Of a stretch of 46,485 nucleotides of DNA, positions 17,325-28,447 are shown in pieces. Under the pieces are notes generated by a model that saw only the letters and a list, made by a program, of their open reading frames with translations, searched no databases and was not told the origin of the DNA. The stretch is from Bdellovibrionota bacterium FG-2 (GTDB lineage: Bacteria; Bdellovibrionota; UBA1018), in contig JBBCAV010000040.1 in assembly GCA_051382305.1 (NCBI GenBank), forward strand, positions 1 to 46,485, read 5' to 3'. The number at the start of each line of letters is the position of its first letter. Within the stretch, counting starts at the first letter, position 1. Made by a program: the position numbers and the translations under genes.

Positions 17325-18781
17325 TGCGTACTGCCCGACAGTCTTCCCATAGCGAACCAAGGAGATTTCCATTTTGAAGTAGCCTTCGAATCTACATCTT
17401 GAGCGAGACTCAAAACCTCAAGTTCCTCCGCCTCAGGCAACGCTTGTACATATTCAAAACGAGACTCCAAGAATTGCGTATCGACACATCCAGACACCCA
17501 TTCTTCTAAACCCACCAATTGTTGGAGATAAGTGAGGTTCGTGGCGGGCCCCAGAATCACCGTTTCCGACAGCGCATAGCTGAGCCGAGCCCTCGCCTTT
17601 TCGCGCGTTTCAGCATGCACAACAAGTTTTCCCAGGAGTGAATCAAACCGCGAATCAACATTCTGTCCTTGCTCAACGCCACTCTCTACGCGAATTCCCG
17701 CGCCCAGAGGCCAGCGCAGAGTTTCAATTACGCCGTTCGTCGGGACGAAGCCCCGTGCGGGATCTTCAGCATAAATCCGGGCCTCAAGAGAATGTCCGCG
17801 CGGGCTAAAATCTGTGCGTGCAAGGAACTCAAACGAGGCGCTATCCTCCGCCAGCGCCACTTGCGCGGCCACAAGGTCGATTCCTGTGACCATTTCGGTG
17901 ACGGGATGCTCGACTTGCAATCGAGTGTTCATTTCTAAGAAATAAAACTCTCCCCGACCATCGACCAAAAACTCGACCGTCCCTGCGTTACGATATTTGA
18001 CGGATTTTGCAATTTTCAACGCCGCTTCAGTGAGGCCCTCCCGAGTCGCAGTAGAAATCAAACTCGCAGGAGCTTCTTCCAGAATTTTCTGGTTACGCCG
18101 TTGCAACGAGCACTCGCGCGTAGAAAGGGCGAGCGCCGCTCCTTCTCCATCCCCGAAAACCTGCACTTCAATGTGCCGAGGTTTTTCGAGCATCCGTTCC
18201 AAATAAAGCGCGCCCTCTCCAAACGAGCTCCGGGCTTCACGCTTCGAACTCAAAACGGCCGGCCCAAGTTCCTCGAGGCGGGAAACTTTTCGCATTCCTT
18301 TTCCACCCCCCGAAGATATGGCTTTTACAAAGAGAGGGAATCCACCCTTGAGCGCGGCTTGCTCCAGAGCTGCCCCGGATTCCAATTCAATCCCCAACTC
18401 TAGCCAAGGGAGCGTTGAAATCCCCAACTGCTCCGCCACAGCCTTTGCACTCGCCTTCCCCCCCATCAACTCGATGGTCTCACTGCGCGGACCCACAAAA
18501 ATCAAACCCGCTCGCTCCACGGCTTGCGCAAAGCTCGCCTGTTCTGACAAGAACCCATAGCCCGGGTGTACCAAACGCGCGCCACTTTTTAGGGCCACAA
18601 GAATAATGGCTTCGGCATCCAGATAACTGGGAATCTCATACACTTCGTCAGCAAACGTCACGTGCCTTGCATCTTCGTCTCCGGGAGCCACCACTCCCAC
18701 GGTAAAAAACCCGAGTTCGCGACACGCTTGAAAAATGCGGCACGCGATTTCGGCACGATTGGCGATCAGGACTTTCTTCAT
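17321..18781 (-). CDS. Biotin carboxylase (methylcrotonyl-CoA carboxylase alpha-like, without fused BCCP)
   Basis: KKVLIANRAEIA, HPGYGFLSE, GGGKGMR, ECSLQRRNQK, FLEMNTRLQVEHPVTE. Confidence 0.95.
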   Translation of the reverse strand: MKKVLIANRAEIACRIFQACRELGFFTVGVVAPGDEDARHVTFADEVYEIPSYLDAEAIILVALKSGARLVHPGYGFLSEQASFAQAVERAGLIFVGPRSETIELMGGKASAKAVAEQLGISTLPWLELGIELESGAALEQAALKGGFPLFVKAISSGGGKGMRKVSRLEELGPAVLSSKREARSSFGEGALYLERMLEKPRHIEVQVFGDGEGAALALSTRECSLQRRNQKILEEAPASLISTATREGLTEAALKIAKSVKYRNAGTVEFLVDGRGEFYFLEMNTRLQVEHPVTEMVTGIDLVAAQVALAEDSASFEFLARTDFSPRGHSLEARIYAEDPARGFVPTNGVIETLRWPLGAGIRVESGVEQGQNVDSRFDSLLGKLVVHAETREKARARLSYALSETVILGPATNLTYLQQLVGLEEWVSGCVDTQFLESRFEYVQALPEAEELEVLSLAQDVDSKATSKWKSPWFAMGRLSGSTQ

Positions 18782-18782
18782 T

Positions 18783-19610
18783 TTATTTTGTACCCTTAAG
18801 CGCGTTCTTTGCCACGACCCACGCGGGTTTGCGTTTTTCCAAGAACGCCCGAAACCCTTCTTGCGCTTCAGCGCCCGCGCGAACTTGGGCTAAGAGCTGC
18901 GCGACACTTTCGAGCACCTCTTCTTGAGAACCCCTTTGATCACGGGAAAACAAATCAGAGATCAGCTTCTTCGCTGTACTCACCGCTTGTGGGCCCGCCT
19001 CCAGTACGCCTTCGAGGGTTTGCGAAAGCGCCGCTTGCGCTTCGCTCACACCGGGGTAAACTCCGTGAATGAGGCCGATTTCAAAGGCTTTTTTCGCAGA
19101 AAAGCGCTCTCCCGTAATAAAATATCGGCGCGCCTGCGAAGCCCCGATTTTAGATACAACAAAAGGACCGATGCAGGCCGGCACCACACCTAGGCGCACT
19201 TCACTGAGTCCAAACATGGCATCTTCAGTGGCAAACACCGCATCACAAACACTCACCAGCCCCACCCCGCCGCCAATGGCTGCGCCTTGCACTAAAGCAA
19301 ATACTGGCCTAGGGCACTCGTTCATGAGCTGAAAAAGCCCCGCGATGCTGCGTGCGTCTTCTAGGTTTTGCGCAGGAGTAAATTCCACCGCCTTTTTCAT
19401 CCAATTGAGATCTCCGCCCGCACAAAAACTAGGCCCCGCGCCTCGGAGTACGACCGCACGAAGGTTTGGGTCTGTTTTGATTTGTGTAAAAACCTGAGCG
19501 AGTTCGGCGACCACAGCATCATTAAATGCATTTCGCACTTCGGGGCGATTCAACGTTAACGTGAGAACACCTTGATGATCTGTATTGACGAGAATGCTTT
19601 GGTAAGTCAT
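18783..19610 (-). CDS. liuC: Enoyl-CoA hydratase, probably methylglutaconyl-CoA hydratase
   Basis: [41 protein letters not shown]; adjacent to MCC genes. Confidence 0.85.
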   Translation of the reverse strand: MTYQSILVNTDHQGVLTLTLNRPEVRNAFNDAVVAELAQVFTQIKTDPNLRAVVLRGAGPSFCAGGDLNWMKKAVEFTPAQNLEDARSIAGLFQLMNECPRPVFALVQGAAIGGGVGLVSVCDAVFATEDAMFGLSEVRLGVVPACIGPFVVSKIGASQARRYFITGERFSAKKAFEIGLIHGVYPGVSEAQAALSQTLEGVLEAGPQAVSTAKKLISDLFSRDQRGSQEEVLESVAQLLAQVRAGAEAQEGFRAFLEKRKPAWVVAKNALKGTK

Positions 19611-19699
19611 TAGAACTCCGTGTATATAAGTGCAGGGCAAGCTACTTTAGTGGACTAAAAAAATCAATAACCCAAAGGCCGCAAGAGCATTACTTTTAT

Positions 19700-21319
<1,620 letters not shown>

Positions 21320-21334
21320 GGCTGGAGCAGTCAA

Positions 21335-22174
21335 ATGAACAAGCACGCCCGCATGATCCGCGAAGCCCTCGTAACCCCTTCGGATTCAAACAATCCTGAT
21401 TGCTATGACCCTCACTTAGTTGCGGAGTTTGTTAAGCCCATGGACGGGTTTTGCCGACATTACTTTCGTCAGGAAGTGCAAGGAATTGACCTGGTTCCGC
21501 GCGGAAAAACACTCATTGTCGGCAATCACAACGCGGGGATTACCTTTATTGAAGCGTTTGGAATGTTCGCGCGTTTTTATTTGGAACGTGATCCTTCTGA
21601 AATCATTCATCCCCTTGCGCACGACACCTTGATGAAACTACCCTATCTCAACAATCTTCTCGCCAAGCTTGGATCCGTGCGGGCCAATGCCGAAAATGCG
21701 CAGGCTATTTTCGCAAGAAACCGAAAGATTTTCGTTTGCCCCGGTGGCAATCTTGAAGCCTATCGTCCTTATCGAGACCGGCGCAAAGTGAATTTGGCCA
21801 ACCGGAAAGGCTTTATCAAATTAGCCCTGACCCACCGGGTTTCCATCAGTCCGGTGATCTTTCTCGGTGGGCACGAAACTTTTTTTGTATTAAATGATGG
21901 TCGGTTTCTCGCAAAACTTTTGCGCATGGACCGAGCCTTTCGCTTGGACACCTGGCCACTCGTATTATCAATGCCTTGGGGTTTAACCCTGGGCCCGATG
22001 TTTCATTGGCCATTGCCGGTTAAATGCGTTGCCCGATTTCTAGAACCGATGTCTCTTGAAAAGTATTCTCCTGAGGACGTCAACAACAAGAAGGCGCTTG
22101 AGGAGATCTATCGAAAAGTAACTGGGCGCATGCAGCGGGCCTTGACAGCGATGTACCAGGAGAAAGCCTCTTGA
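21335..22174 (+). CDS. Lysophospholipid/diacylglycerol acyltransferase family protein
   Basis: VGNHNAG, PGGNLEAYRP, RKGFIKLAL, GGHE motifs. Confidence 0.85.
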   Translation: MNKHARMIREALVTPSDSNNPDCYDPHLVAEFVKPMDGFCRHYFRQEVQGIDLVPRGKTLIVGNHNAGITFIEAFGMFARFYLERDPSEIIHPLAHDTLMKLPYLNNLLAKLGSVRANAENAQAIFARNRKIFVCPGGNLEAYRPYRDRRKVNLANRKGFIKLALTHRVSISPVIFLGGHETFFVLNDGRFLAKLLRMDRAFRLDTWPLVLSMPWGLTLGPMFHWPLPVKCVARFLEPMSLEKYSPEDVNNKKALEEIYRKVTGRMQRALTAMYQEKAS

Positions 22175-22182
22175 TTCGCTGA

Positions 22183-22869
22183 TTATCGTTCCATCGTCAA
22201 AAAGATATACTTAAAACCATGAACGTCTTGAACACGAGTTCCATTGGGCTCCAAAAGTGACTTCCAAACTACGCGCTTAAAACCCAAATGCCATCTAATC
22301 GCGTAAGCAGGGGTGGCTTGAATCGCTTCGAAATCAGATTTTCCAGTCTCTTGCGCTCGCACGAACGCCTCTCGGTTGGAAGACTCAAGCGTTCCGGTGA
22401 TTCTTTTCGTCGCGGGGTTCGACTCGAGCGCTCTTGTAAAAAGTGCCGTGGCAAGGCCCTTTTTTCGGTACCGGGGGTCGTTCTTGATTTCAACTGAATC
22501 GACCTTTAACGTGTCCTTGCCGATGCGGTGATAGAGAATTTCACCCACCGCTACTCCCTCGCTTGAAAAAAGTTTAATAATGGTAACGGGTTCTCCAGCG
22601 GGGCCTCGCCCTTCAATAGGCGCCGAATAATGTCCGCCCGCAAGTTTAAGCGGATTCGAAATCGCTTCAGCGGCGAGACTGCTCCACTGTTCCGGCCAAG
22701 CAATCGAAGGAACATTGCTCTGAGCGGGCTCCCGCCGCGTGATCAAACTTTGAAGCGCTTTGGTGACACAACCCCCGAGCGAAGCCGCGCGCGAAACAGG
22801 TATGACCGGCGCACCCAAAAAGGATGTGACTGCAATTGCGGTGATCAATAGGGCTTGGCCAAGTCGCAC
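22183..22869 (-). CDS. GNAT-family acetyltransferase with N-terminal signal peptide
   Basis: Hydrophobic N-terminus (…SRA|A); acetyl-CoA motif A: V...PRYRKKGLATALF. Confidence 0.7.
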   Translation of the reverse strand: MRLGQALLITAIAVTSFLGAPVIPVSRAASLGGCVTKALQSLITRREPAQSNVPSIAWPEQWSSLAAEAISNPLKLAGGHYSAPIEGRGPAGEPVTIIKLFSSEGVAVGEILYHRIGKDTLKVDSVEIKNDPRYRKKGLATALFTRALESNPATKRITGTLESSNREAFVRAQETGKSDFEAIQATPAYAIRWHLGFKRVVWKSLLEPNGTRVQDVHGFKYIFLTMER

Positions 22870-23369
22870 AGGTAAAGGTCCTCTTCTCTTGTTCGGAAAT
22901 ATTTCGCTAGACCTGTAGGGCTAAAATCATGAAGAATCTTTTCACTACTACATTGATCTGCTGGTCGAAGGCCCCATTGTTGTCCTAGTTCTCGTCACGG
23001 GAATACTAAACCTGTTCTTTGTCCCGATTACTGCATTGCAAATTGTAAAAGTCAGCGCGGGGCTTGCGGCAATTCTTGCAAATCTGTACTGCATAAGCAT
23101 GGTGATCAAGAGGCATCACGGCGCCGATTTGCATCGCAAAATTCTTATCTCTGCCGTGGTTGGAATTCCGTTTGGCATTACCGCATTGATTTTGGGATTT
23201 AGAATTTCGATGAACTTGCTGCAACAGACGTAGATTGAAGTCCTTGGGCACCCTATGACACAGCGCCCCTGCTGCAGCCCAACCGCCGCACAGCGCCAGC
23301 CAAGCCGAACATGCGAGGTTGCTGTTTTCCCACCACCAGCTTAGAACTATAGCAAGAAAAGGGGATCAC

Positions 23370-23933
23370 ATGAATACCACAAGCGAAGTGAAACTTTTTG
23401 GAACTCGATGGATTGCACTCTTGGCTCTCGGGGCCTCCGTGCTCCTAAGCTCGGGCCTCACTACGGCAGATGAAACTCCCGATGCCGGTGCACGCATGGG
23501 ACAGTTCTTTTCGCAAATTCAGGGAGAGTGGGCTGCAACGGGGATGCTTAGTTTTTTGAAACCTTACGGCGGATCTCAAAAGATTCGGTATTCGATGGAT
23601 ATGAAGATCATGCCGACTCAGGATTCTACCTGGCATGCCACCCTTCAAATTCTAACCGAGACGGGTGAACTCAGACGCAATGCTGTTGAGTTTAAGATCC
23701 AGGGCGATCGGCTTTTTGTCGGCGATTCCCTGACTCGCGAATCCGTGGACCTCCTAGAATCCTCATCCACAAAGCTCAATTATCAAATCACGCGCTTTGA
23801 TCGCTCAGGACACGAAGTTCACTATGTGTATGGGCTGGAACTCAACGAAAAGGGGAAACTCATCGGTCATAATTTTATTGAAACCGAAGAAAGCGTCGTT
23901 CAGGAAGATGATTTCCTGGCAAAACAAAACTAA
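23370..23933 (+). CDS. Secreted beta-rich hypothetical protein
   Basis: SD-like AGGGG before ATG 23370; signal peptide; G.W lipocalin-like start. Confidence 0.7.
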   Translation: MNTTSEVKLFGTRWIALLALGASVLLSSGLTTADETPDAGARMGQFFSQIQGEWAATGMLSFLKPYGGSQKIRYSMDMKIMPTQDSTWHATLQILTETGELRRNAVEFKIQGDRLFVGDSLTRESVDLLESSSTKLNYQITRFDRSGHEVHYVYGLELNEKGKLIGHNFIETEESVVQEDDFLAKQN

Positions 23934-23958
23934 TTTTCCGAAGTAAAGGGCGCCTGCG

Positions 23959-24894
23959 ATGAACATATTCCAAGTCATTCAGTCCAACCCCGATCTCATA
24001 GCTCAAGTTCAAAAGGCGGTTTCTGACACGCTCAGGGGCTATTCAAAGTGCAATCTTGAGGCAAAGCCTAGTTTCTTAAAGGACGATAACAACAAGTTTA
24101 AGATCACCATCCTAAGCATGCTGAACTTGAGCACCAAAGCGGTGGACCAAGGGGGTTTGGCGCTTGGTTTTACAGAAGCCGCATTCATGAAAATCTATGA
24201 AAGCACGCTCAACATGAAGGCCGAAGGGATCAATGCTGAAACCGGCGATCTCGCAGGTGAGCTCATCAACATCATCTATCAAACCATTACACCGGAGCTT
24301 CGCAAAAAAGGAGTCACTTTTGACGTTTCGCTCCCCACTGTCTTACTTGAAAATCAACTCAGCGACTGGGCAAAAGTCGCTGTGGATCGTTCCTTAGTTT
24401 TTCCCTTTAGCTCGGACCAAGGCGATCTGTATTTTGAAATCCCAGAGATCACTGAAGCCCCCCCAGCTCAACCCCAGAAAAATGCGCCGCTAGTACAAGT
24501 TCAACAAGCGGCCGCTTTTCCCACGCGGATTTTACTCGTGGATGACTCCGGGACCACACGCAAAATCTCAAAAAAAGCCCTGAGCGAATTGGGCTATTCA
24601 AATATCATTGAAGCAGCTGATGGCGAAGCGGCTTGGCAGCTCATCGTCCAAGGTAATCCCCCCGTTCAGCTTGTCATCACGGATTGGCATATGCCAAAGC
24701 TGACCGGGTTACAGCTTTTAGAGAACATTAGAAGGCACCCTGAAACCAAGAACCTGCCCGTCGTGATGGTAACGGCTGAGCGCAATAAAGAAGAAGTCGC
24801 AAAAATCGTAAAACTCGGCGCTCAAGGCTACTTGGTTAAACCGTTTGATCAGGCGGCACTTCAGAAATTTGTCGATAAGATCGTAAATAAATGA
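23959..24894 (+). CDS. CheX-like phosphatase domain fused to a CheY-like receiver
   Basis: D..GELINII...F..SLP.V (CheX); ILLVDDS...TDWHMP...MVTAE...YLVKPF (REC). Confidence 0.85.
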   Translation: MNIFQVIQSNPDLIAQVQKAVSDTLRGYSKCNLEAKPSFLKDDNNKFKITILSMLNLSTKAVDQGGLALGFTEAAFMKIYESTLNMKAEGINAETGDLAGELINIIYQTITPELRKKGVTFDVSLPTVLLENQLSDWAKVAVDRSLVFPFSSDQGDLYFEIPEITEAPPAQPQKNAPLVQVQQAAAFPTRILLVDDSGTTRKISKKALSELGYSNIIEAADGEAAWQLIVQGNPPVQLVITDWHMPKLTGLQLLENIRRHPETKNLPVVMVTAERNKEEVAKIVKLGAQGYLVKPFDQAALQKFVDKIVNK

Positions 24895-25313
24895 TGATTC
24901 CACGATTGTTTCTTGCCAGTTTGTTTTGGGGAGTTCTCGCGCTGCCCTGCTTTGCTGACACCACCCTCTACTCGCGTTTGGGCGGAAAGCTCGCCATTTC
25001 GAGGCTCGTAGATGGCTTTCTTACTTCGCTCTCAAGTGATCCTCAGCTCATGGCAAACCCAAAACTCAGAGAGTTCAAGACGCGTGTGGATCGAAAACGA
25101 CTTCACAAGCAACTCACACAACGCGTGTGTCAAGCAACAGGCGGTCCTTGCAAAAAAGAAGTGATTAAACTCAACATTGAGCCCCCCAATATTCGTCTAA
25201 ATCCCTTAGATTGGCTCTCAGTGGTTGGCGACCTGCAACGGTCTTTGGATGAAAGCAAGATTGGCCAGCAGGAAAAGACGGAGCTAGTGTTGCTGCTGAT
25301 GCAGGCGAGATAG
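24891..25313 (+). CDS. Group I truncated-globin-like protein with signal peptide
   Basis: TLYSRLGG..AI..LVD.F, CQATGGPC motifs. Confidence 0.8.
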   Translation: MMIPRLFLASLFWGVLALPCFADTTLYSRLGGKLAISRLVDGFLTSLSSDPQLMANPKLREFKTRVDRKRLHKQLTQRVCQATGGPCKKEVIKLNIEPPNIRLNPLDWLSVVGDLQRSLDESKIGQQEKTELVLLLMQAR

Positions 25314-25388
25314 CTAGATAACGCTAAGCGCAATATCCCCAGTATTACCTCAAGCCTTGATACTAGCGTGCCGAAACGTAAGTGGGCT

Positions 25389-26690
25389 ATGAGAACCTTT
25401 TTCCGTACTTTTGTCATTATCGGGCTCATTCTAAGTTCTGCCAGCTGGGCAACGACCCGGCCCGATGCGTCCTGCCTGCTCAAGCATTTCCTCAAAAGTC
25501 TGCTAGCAGAGGTGGAGACCGACTTCGATACTTTAAGCGACCTCGGAGGCACGCTGCCCTCCTTCGGCGAACTTCTGGGCCGAGCAACTCCAACCCTCGG
25601 CGCAACACAACGATACGGCCTGTTACGAGACTTTCCGATTCGCTCCATTATTGCCGCGCCCGGGCATCGTTTCTTGCGCAAACCAGCCCAGATCGAAGGA
25701 CTGGTGAAATACATCCGCACCTCCAATGGCGGGGATTTTTCACATGACAAAATACTGCTCAACCTCGTGACGGACTCAGACGGCACGATCACAAGCGTGG
25801 ATCTCTGGAACGCCCACCATCGTCTGCTTGCTTATCTTGAAGCGAACTACCGCAGGCTTGGAGATATTCCGGAAAAAAATATCGAAATCCTCGTCAATGG
25901 CAAAACGACTGAGGGAGAAGCTTGGAACCATTTCCTCTCCATCGGAGGCGTTGAGACGGATTCCGCAGGACCCTACTCCGTTGTGCCTGAAGGCGGCGAT
26001 ATCCGCACTGGGACCATCGCGGTGAGCGGTGCGCTCTCCAACCACCAGCTCGGCTCGCGCAATTCCCTCGGACAACTTCATCGAACCATTACGACCCGAA
26101 AAGTTCCGAAAATTGGCGTGTATTTTGGGACCTTCGATCCGATTCATGAAGGCCATTTCCAAGTCGCAATGTCAACCATCAAGGAACTCGGACTTGATGA
26201 ACTGGTCATTGTTCCCAACGGAAACCCGATTCACAAGCCGGGCGCTACCTCACTGAAAGATCGAATAAGAATGCTCACCCTCCGGACTCAACACGAACCT
26301 AAAATCAATGTCTATGTCGGAGATAGTCGAGAGATCATCAATCAGTTCGGGCGCGATCCGTTTATAGAGCGCCTCGCGCAAAGCTATGGCACCCATGATA
26401 TCTATCAAATCATCGGAGAGGACTCCTTCAACAACCTCCTAGAACAAGGAAAACTGAGCCCTTCTCTCAATCGTAACTTAGTGGTTTTTCCACGCGACAG
26501 CACCGGCGAGGGGCCTTCAATCCCCGCGGAGCTCGCCGGCAAAGTCACCGTTGCGAGAACTAAAGTGGTTTCAAAACTAAGTTCTGCTGCGATTCGAAGC
26601 AAACTGGGCTCTGGGGTCGCGCCCAAACCCGAGGAATTGCATCCCGAGGTTTTGAGAGACATCAAAGAACACGGGCTCTATCAACCATGA
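25389..26690 (+). CDS. Signal peptide + ParB/Srx-like domain + NadD-like nucleotidyltransferase
   Basis: Signal ...SASWA; LWNAHHRLLAY; GTFDPIHEGH, P.HKP, IIGEDSF, LSSAAIR, V...I....LY. Confidence 0.8.
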   Translation: MRTFFRTFVIIGLILSSASWATTRPDASCLLKHFLKSLLAEVETDFDTLSDLGGTLPSFGELLGRATPTLGATQRYGLLRDFPIRSIIAAPGHRFLRKPAQIEGLVKYIRTSNGGDFSHDKILLNLVTDSDGTITSVDLWNAHHRLLAYLEANYRRLGDIPEKNIEILVNGKTTEGEAWNHFLSIGGVETDSAGPYSVVPEGGDIRTGTIAVSGALSNHQLGSRNSLGQLHRTITTRKVPKIGVYFGTFDPIHEGHFQVAMSTIKELGLDELVIVPNGNPIHKPGATSLKDRIRMLTLRTQHEPKINVYVGDSREIINQFGRDPFIERLAQSYGTHDIYQIIGEDSFNNLLEQGKLSPSLNRNLVVFPRDSTGEGPSIPAELAGKVTVARTKVVSKLSSAAIRSKLGSGVAPKPEELHPEVLRDIKEHGLYQP

Positions 26691-26691
26691 A

Positions 26692-27378
26692 CCACGCTTG
26701 ACCGAGCCCCTGCTTTACCTCTTGTCGTTTGGCATCGGGATGGGAAGTCTAATTGGAAATCTCCACGTTCACGGCGTGACCGTCTCCTACCGGCAATTTG
26801 TGTTTGCGGGGATCCTCGCGCAAACGGTTCTTTTCCTGGGATTTTTTGAAGCCTCCTACGGAAGCTTTATCCGAATGTATTATCAAAAAATTTTTCAACC
26901 AATCGCGACGACGCCCATCACGCTTTCCGAAGTGCTTTGGGGTGAACTGCTTTGGGATGCCTCCAAGGGATCGTTTGCCGCTGCGGGCGTTCTGTTGAAT
27001 TGCTCGATCACGGGTGATTTTTCACCCTTGGGCGCTTTATTGTGCCTGCCCCTGTGTTTTGCTTTTGCTTTTATGTTTGCCGCAATGGGGCTGTGGGTGG
27101 CTTCGGTTTCGTAAACGATTGAGCAGATTTCGTACCCGCAATACTTGGTCGTGTTCCCTATGTTTCTCTTTTGCGGGGTCTTTGATCCCATCGAGCAACT
27201 GCCGCATGCGCTACAAATCTTCGCTTAGATACTGCCACTGACCTCAGTGCTATCGCTTGCGCGAACCCTGACGCTTGGGTTTCCGTTTGAGCCTCAGAGC
27301 GTTGTGATATTCACAGCATGGCTTGTGGTGCTGGTTATGGGTTCACGGCGCGCGATGGTACGGAGGCTAGTGAAGTAG
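26692..27378 (+). pseudogene. ABC-2 (NodJ-like) permease pseudogene
   Basis: EPLLYL..FG.G.G...Y..F...G, then in-frame TAA (27112-27114) and TAG (27226-27228) with homology continuing in the same frame (TIEQISYPQYLVVFPMFLFCGVFDPIEQLP...LPLT...RRLVK*). N-terminus missing. Confidence 0.85.
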
Positions 27379-27415
27379 TTCCAGGGGTCCAGTCGGCATT
27401 TAGATTCTTTGGGGA

Positions 27416-27470
27416 ATATATCGACTGTCGATATATCGGTTGACAACATAGTCCTTGCAGCGCTATTGTT
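27416..27470 (+). promoter_or_regulatory. sigma70 promoter and candidate operators for higBA
   Basis: TTGACA(27440-27445)-18 nt-TATTGT(27464-27469); palindrome ATATATCGAC-T-GTCGATATAT at 27416-27436; GTG 27476 lies 7 nt past the -10 box (possibly leaderless). Confidence 0.6.
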
Positions 27471-27472
27471 AA

Positions 27473-27766
27473 TTGGTGCTTAAGTCCTTCAAAGACAAAG
27501 TGACACAGGATATATTCGATGGGACGCACTCAAGGGCAACCCGAAAACTTGGACCTGAGTTACTCAAAATAGCACGAAGAAGGCTCGACTACATAAACGC
27601 CGCAAAAGCGTTGCTAGATTTGAGGATTCCACCGGGCAATCGGCTTGAGGCCTTACAAGGAAACCTTAAAGGCTATCATTCGATTCGGATCAACGATCAA
27701 TGGCGAATCGTGTTTCGGTGGGAAGACGGTGACGCATTTGAAGTTAGAATGGAAGACTACCATTAG
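27473..27766 (+). CDS. higB: HigB-family (RelE/ParE) toxin
   Basis: SFKDK.T..IF.G...ARRRL......L.DLRIPPGNRLEALQGNLKGYHSIRINDQWRIVFRW...DYH. Confidence 0.95.
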   Translation: MVLKSFKDKVTQDIFDGTHSRATRKLGPELLKIARRRLDYINAAKALLDLRIPPGNRLEALQGNLKGYHSIRINDQWRIVFRWEDGDAFEVRMEDYH

Positions 27767-27774
27767 GAGGTTGT

Positions 27775-28059
27775 ATGTTACCTAAAAATCGCCCCCCCGT
27801 GCATCCTGGAGAAATTTTAGCTGAAGAGTTCTTAAAGCCTAAGAATATTTCGCAACTCAGATTCGCTGCCCATCTCGGCTGGCCCTATGCGAGAGTCAAT
27901 GAGATCGTTAATGGAAAGCGTGGAATCACTCCGGAAACCGCCTTAGCCTTCTCGGACGTATTCGGCACTACTCCTGATTTATGGCTCACGCTTCAACAAA
28001 ATTATGAACTCTGGTACGCGCAGCAGAAGCACAAAAGAGTGACTAAGCTGGCGGGCTAA
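27775..28059 (+). CDS. higA: HigA-family HTH antitoxin
   Basis: PVHPGEILAEEFLKP..ISQ...RVNEIVNGKRGITPETAL....FGTTPDLW..LQ; SD GGAGG. Confidence 0.95.
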   Translation: MLPKNRPPVHPGEILAEEFLKPKNISQLRFAAHLGWPYARVNEIVNGKRGITPETALAFSDVFGTTPDLWLTLQQNYELWYAQQKHKRVTKLAG

Positions 28060-28073
28060 GAGTTCCCGCCGGC
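28047..28073. terminator. Hairpin between convergent genes
   Basis: GCTGGCGGG...CCCGCCGGC inverted repeat overlapping the higA stop. Confidence 0.4.
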
Positions 28074-28088
28074 CCCTGAACCGAGATT

Positions 28089-28304
28089 CTACTCTTCAGC
28101 AGGCTTTGCAGGCGCCTTCTTGGCCTGTTCATCAGCACTGCCAGCCGTCACGGCTGCGGGAGTTGTCTGAGCTGCGGGCGCTTCACCCTTCAAATCAGGC
28201 TTAGCTTCGTTCCCAGCCGTACTCCGACAATCTGCCATCGCAGAACCCGTCATAAACGCCGAAATAAGTAAACCACTGAAAAACACCTTTTTTAAGTTCA
28301 TCAT
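28089..28304 (-). CDS. Small secreted low-complexity protein; positional equivalent of Bdellovibrio hit (Bd0108)
   Basis: SD AGGAG; signal peptide ending SAMA; mature part DCRS followed by an A/P/K/E-rich, probably disordered tail; lies directly downstream of the YD-repeat gene and tadB. Confidence 0.7.
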   Translation of the reverse strand: MMNLKKVFFSGLLISAFMTGSAMADCRSTAGNEAKPDLKGEAPAAQTTPAAVTAGSADEQAKKAPAKPAEE

Positions 28305-28331
28305 AATTTCATCTCTCCTGTCTCTATCTAG

Positions 28332-28347
28332 AGCAAGCACAGTGCCA
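28332..28347 (-). promoter_or_regulatory. sigma54 promoter
   Basis: Minus strand TGGCAC-TGTGC-TTGCT, consensus -24/-12, about 30 nt upstream of the start codon. Confidence 0.75.
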
Positions 28348-28447
28348 AAACGCCCCTGAACTTTTCTCCTGTCTTTATAGGGACTTGAACCTCAAGCCCC
28401 CGTCGAATCACTGTCAAACCTCTATACACCCGACTCCTTACCAGGCA

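Noticed and set aside
22925-23233. Small hydrophobic ORF (frame open from 22925; ATG 22929 is out of frame)
   Set aside because: Could be a frameshifted membrane-protein gene, but there is no start in frame before 23036 and no recognisable family.
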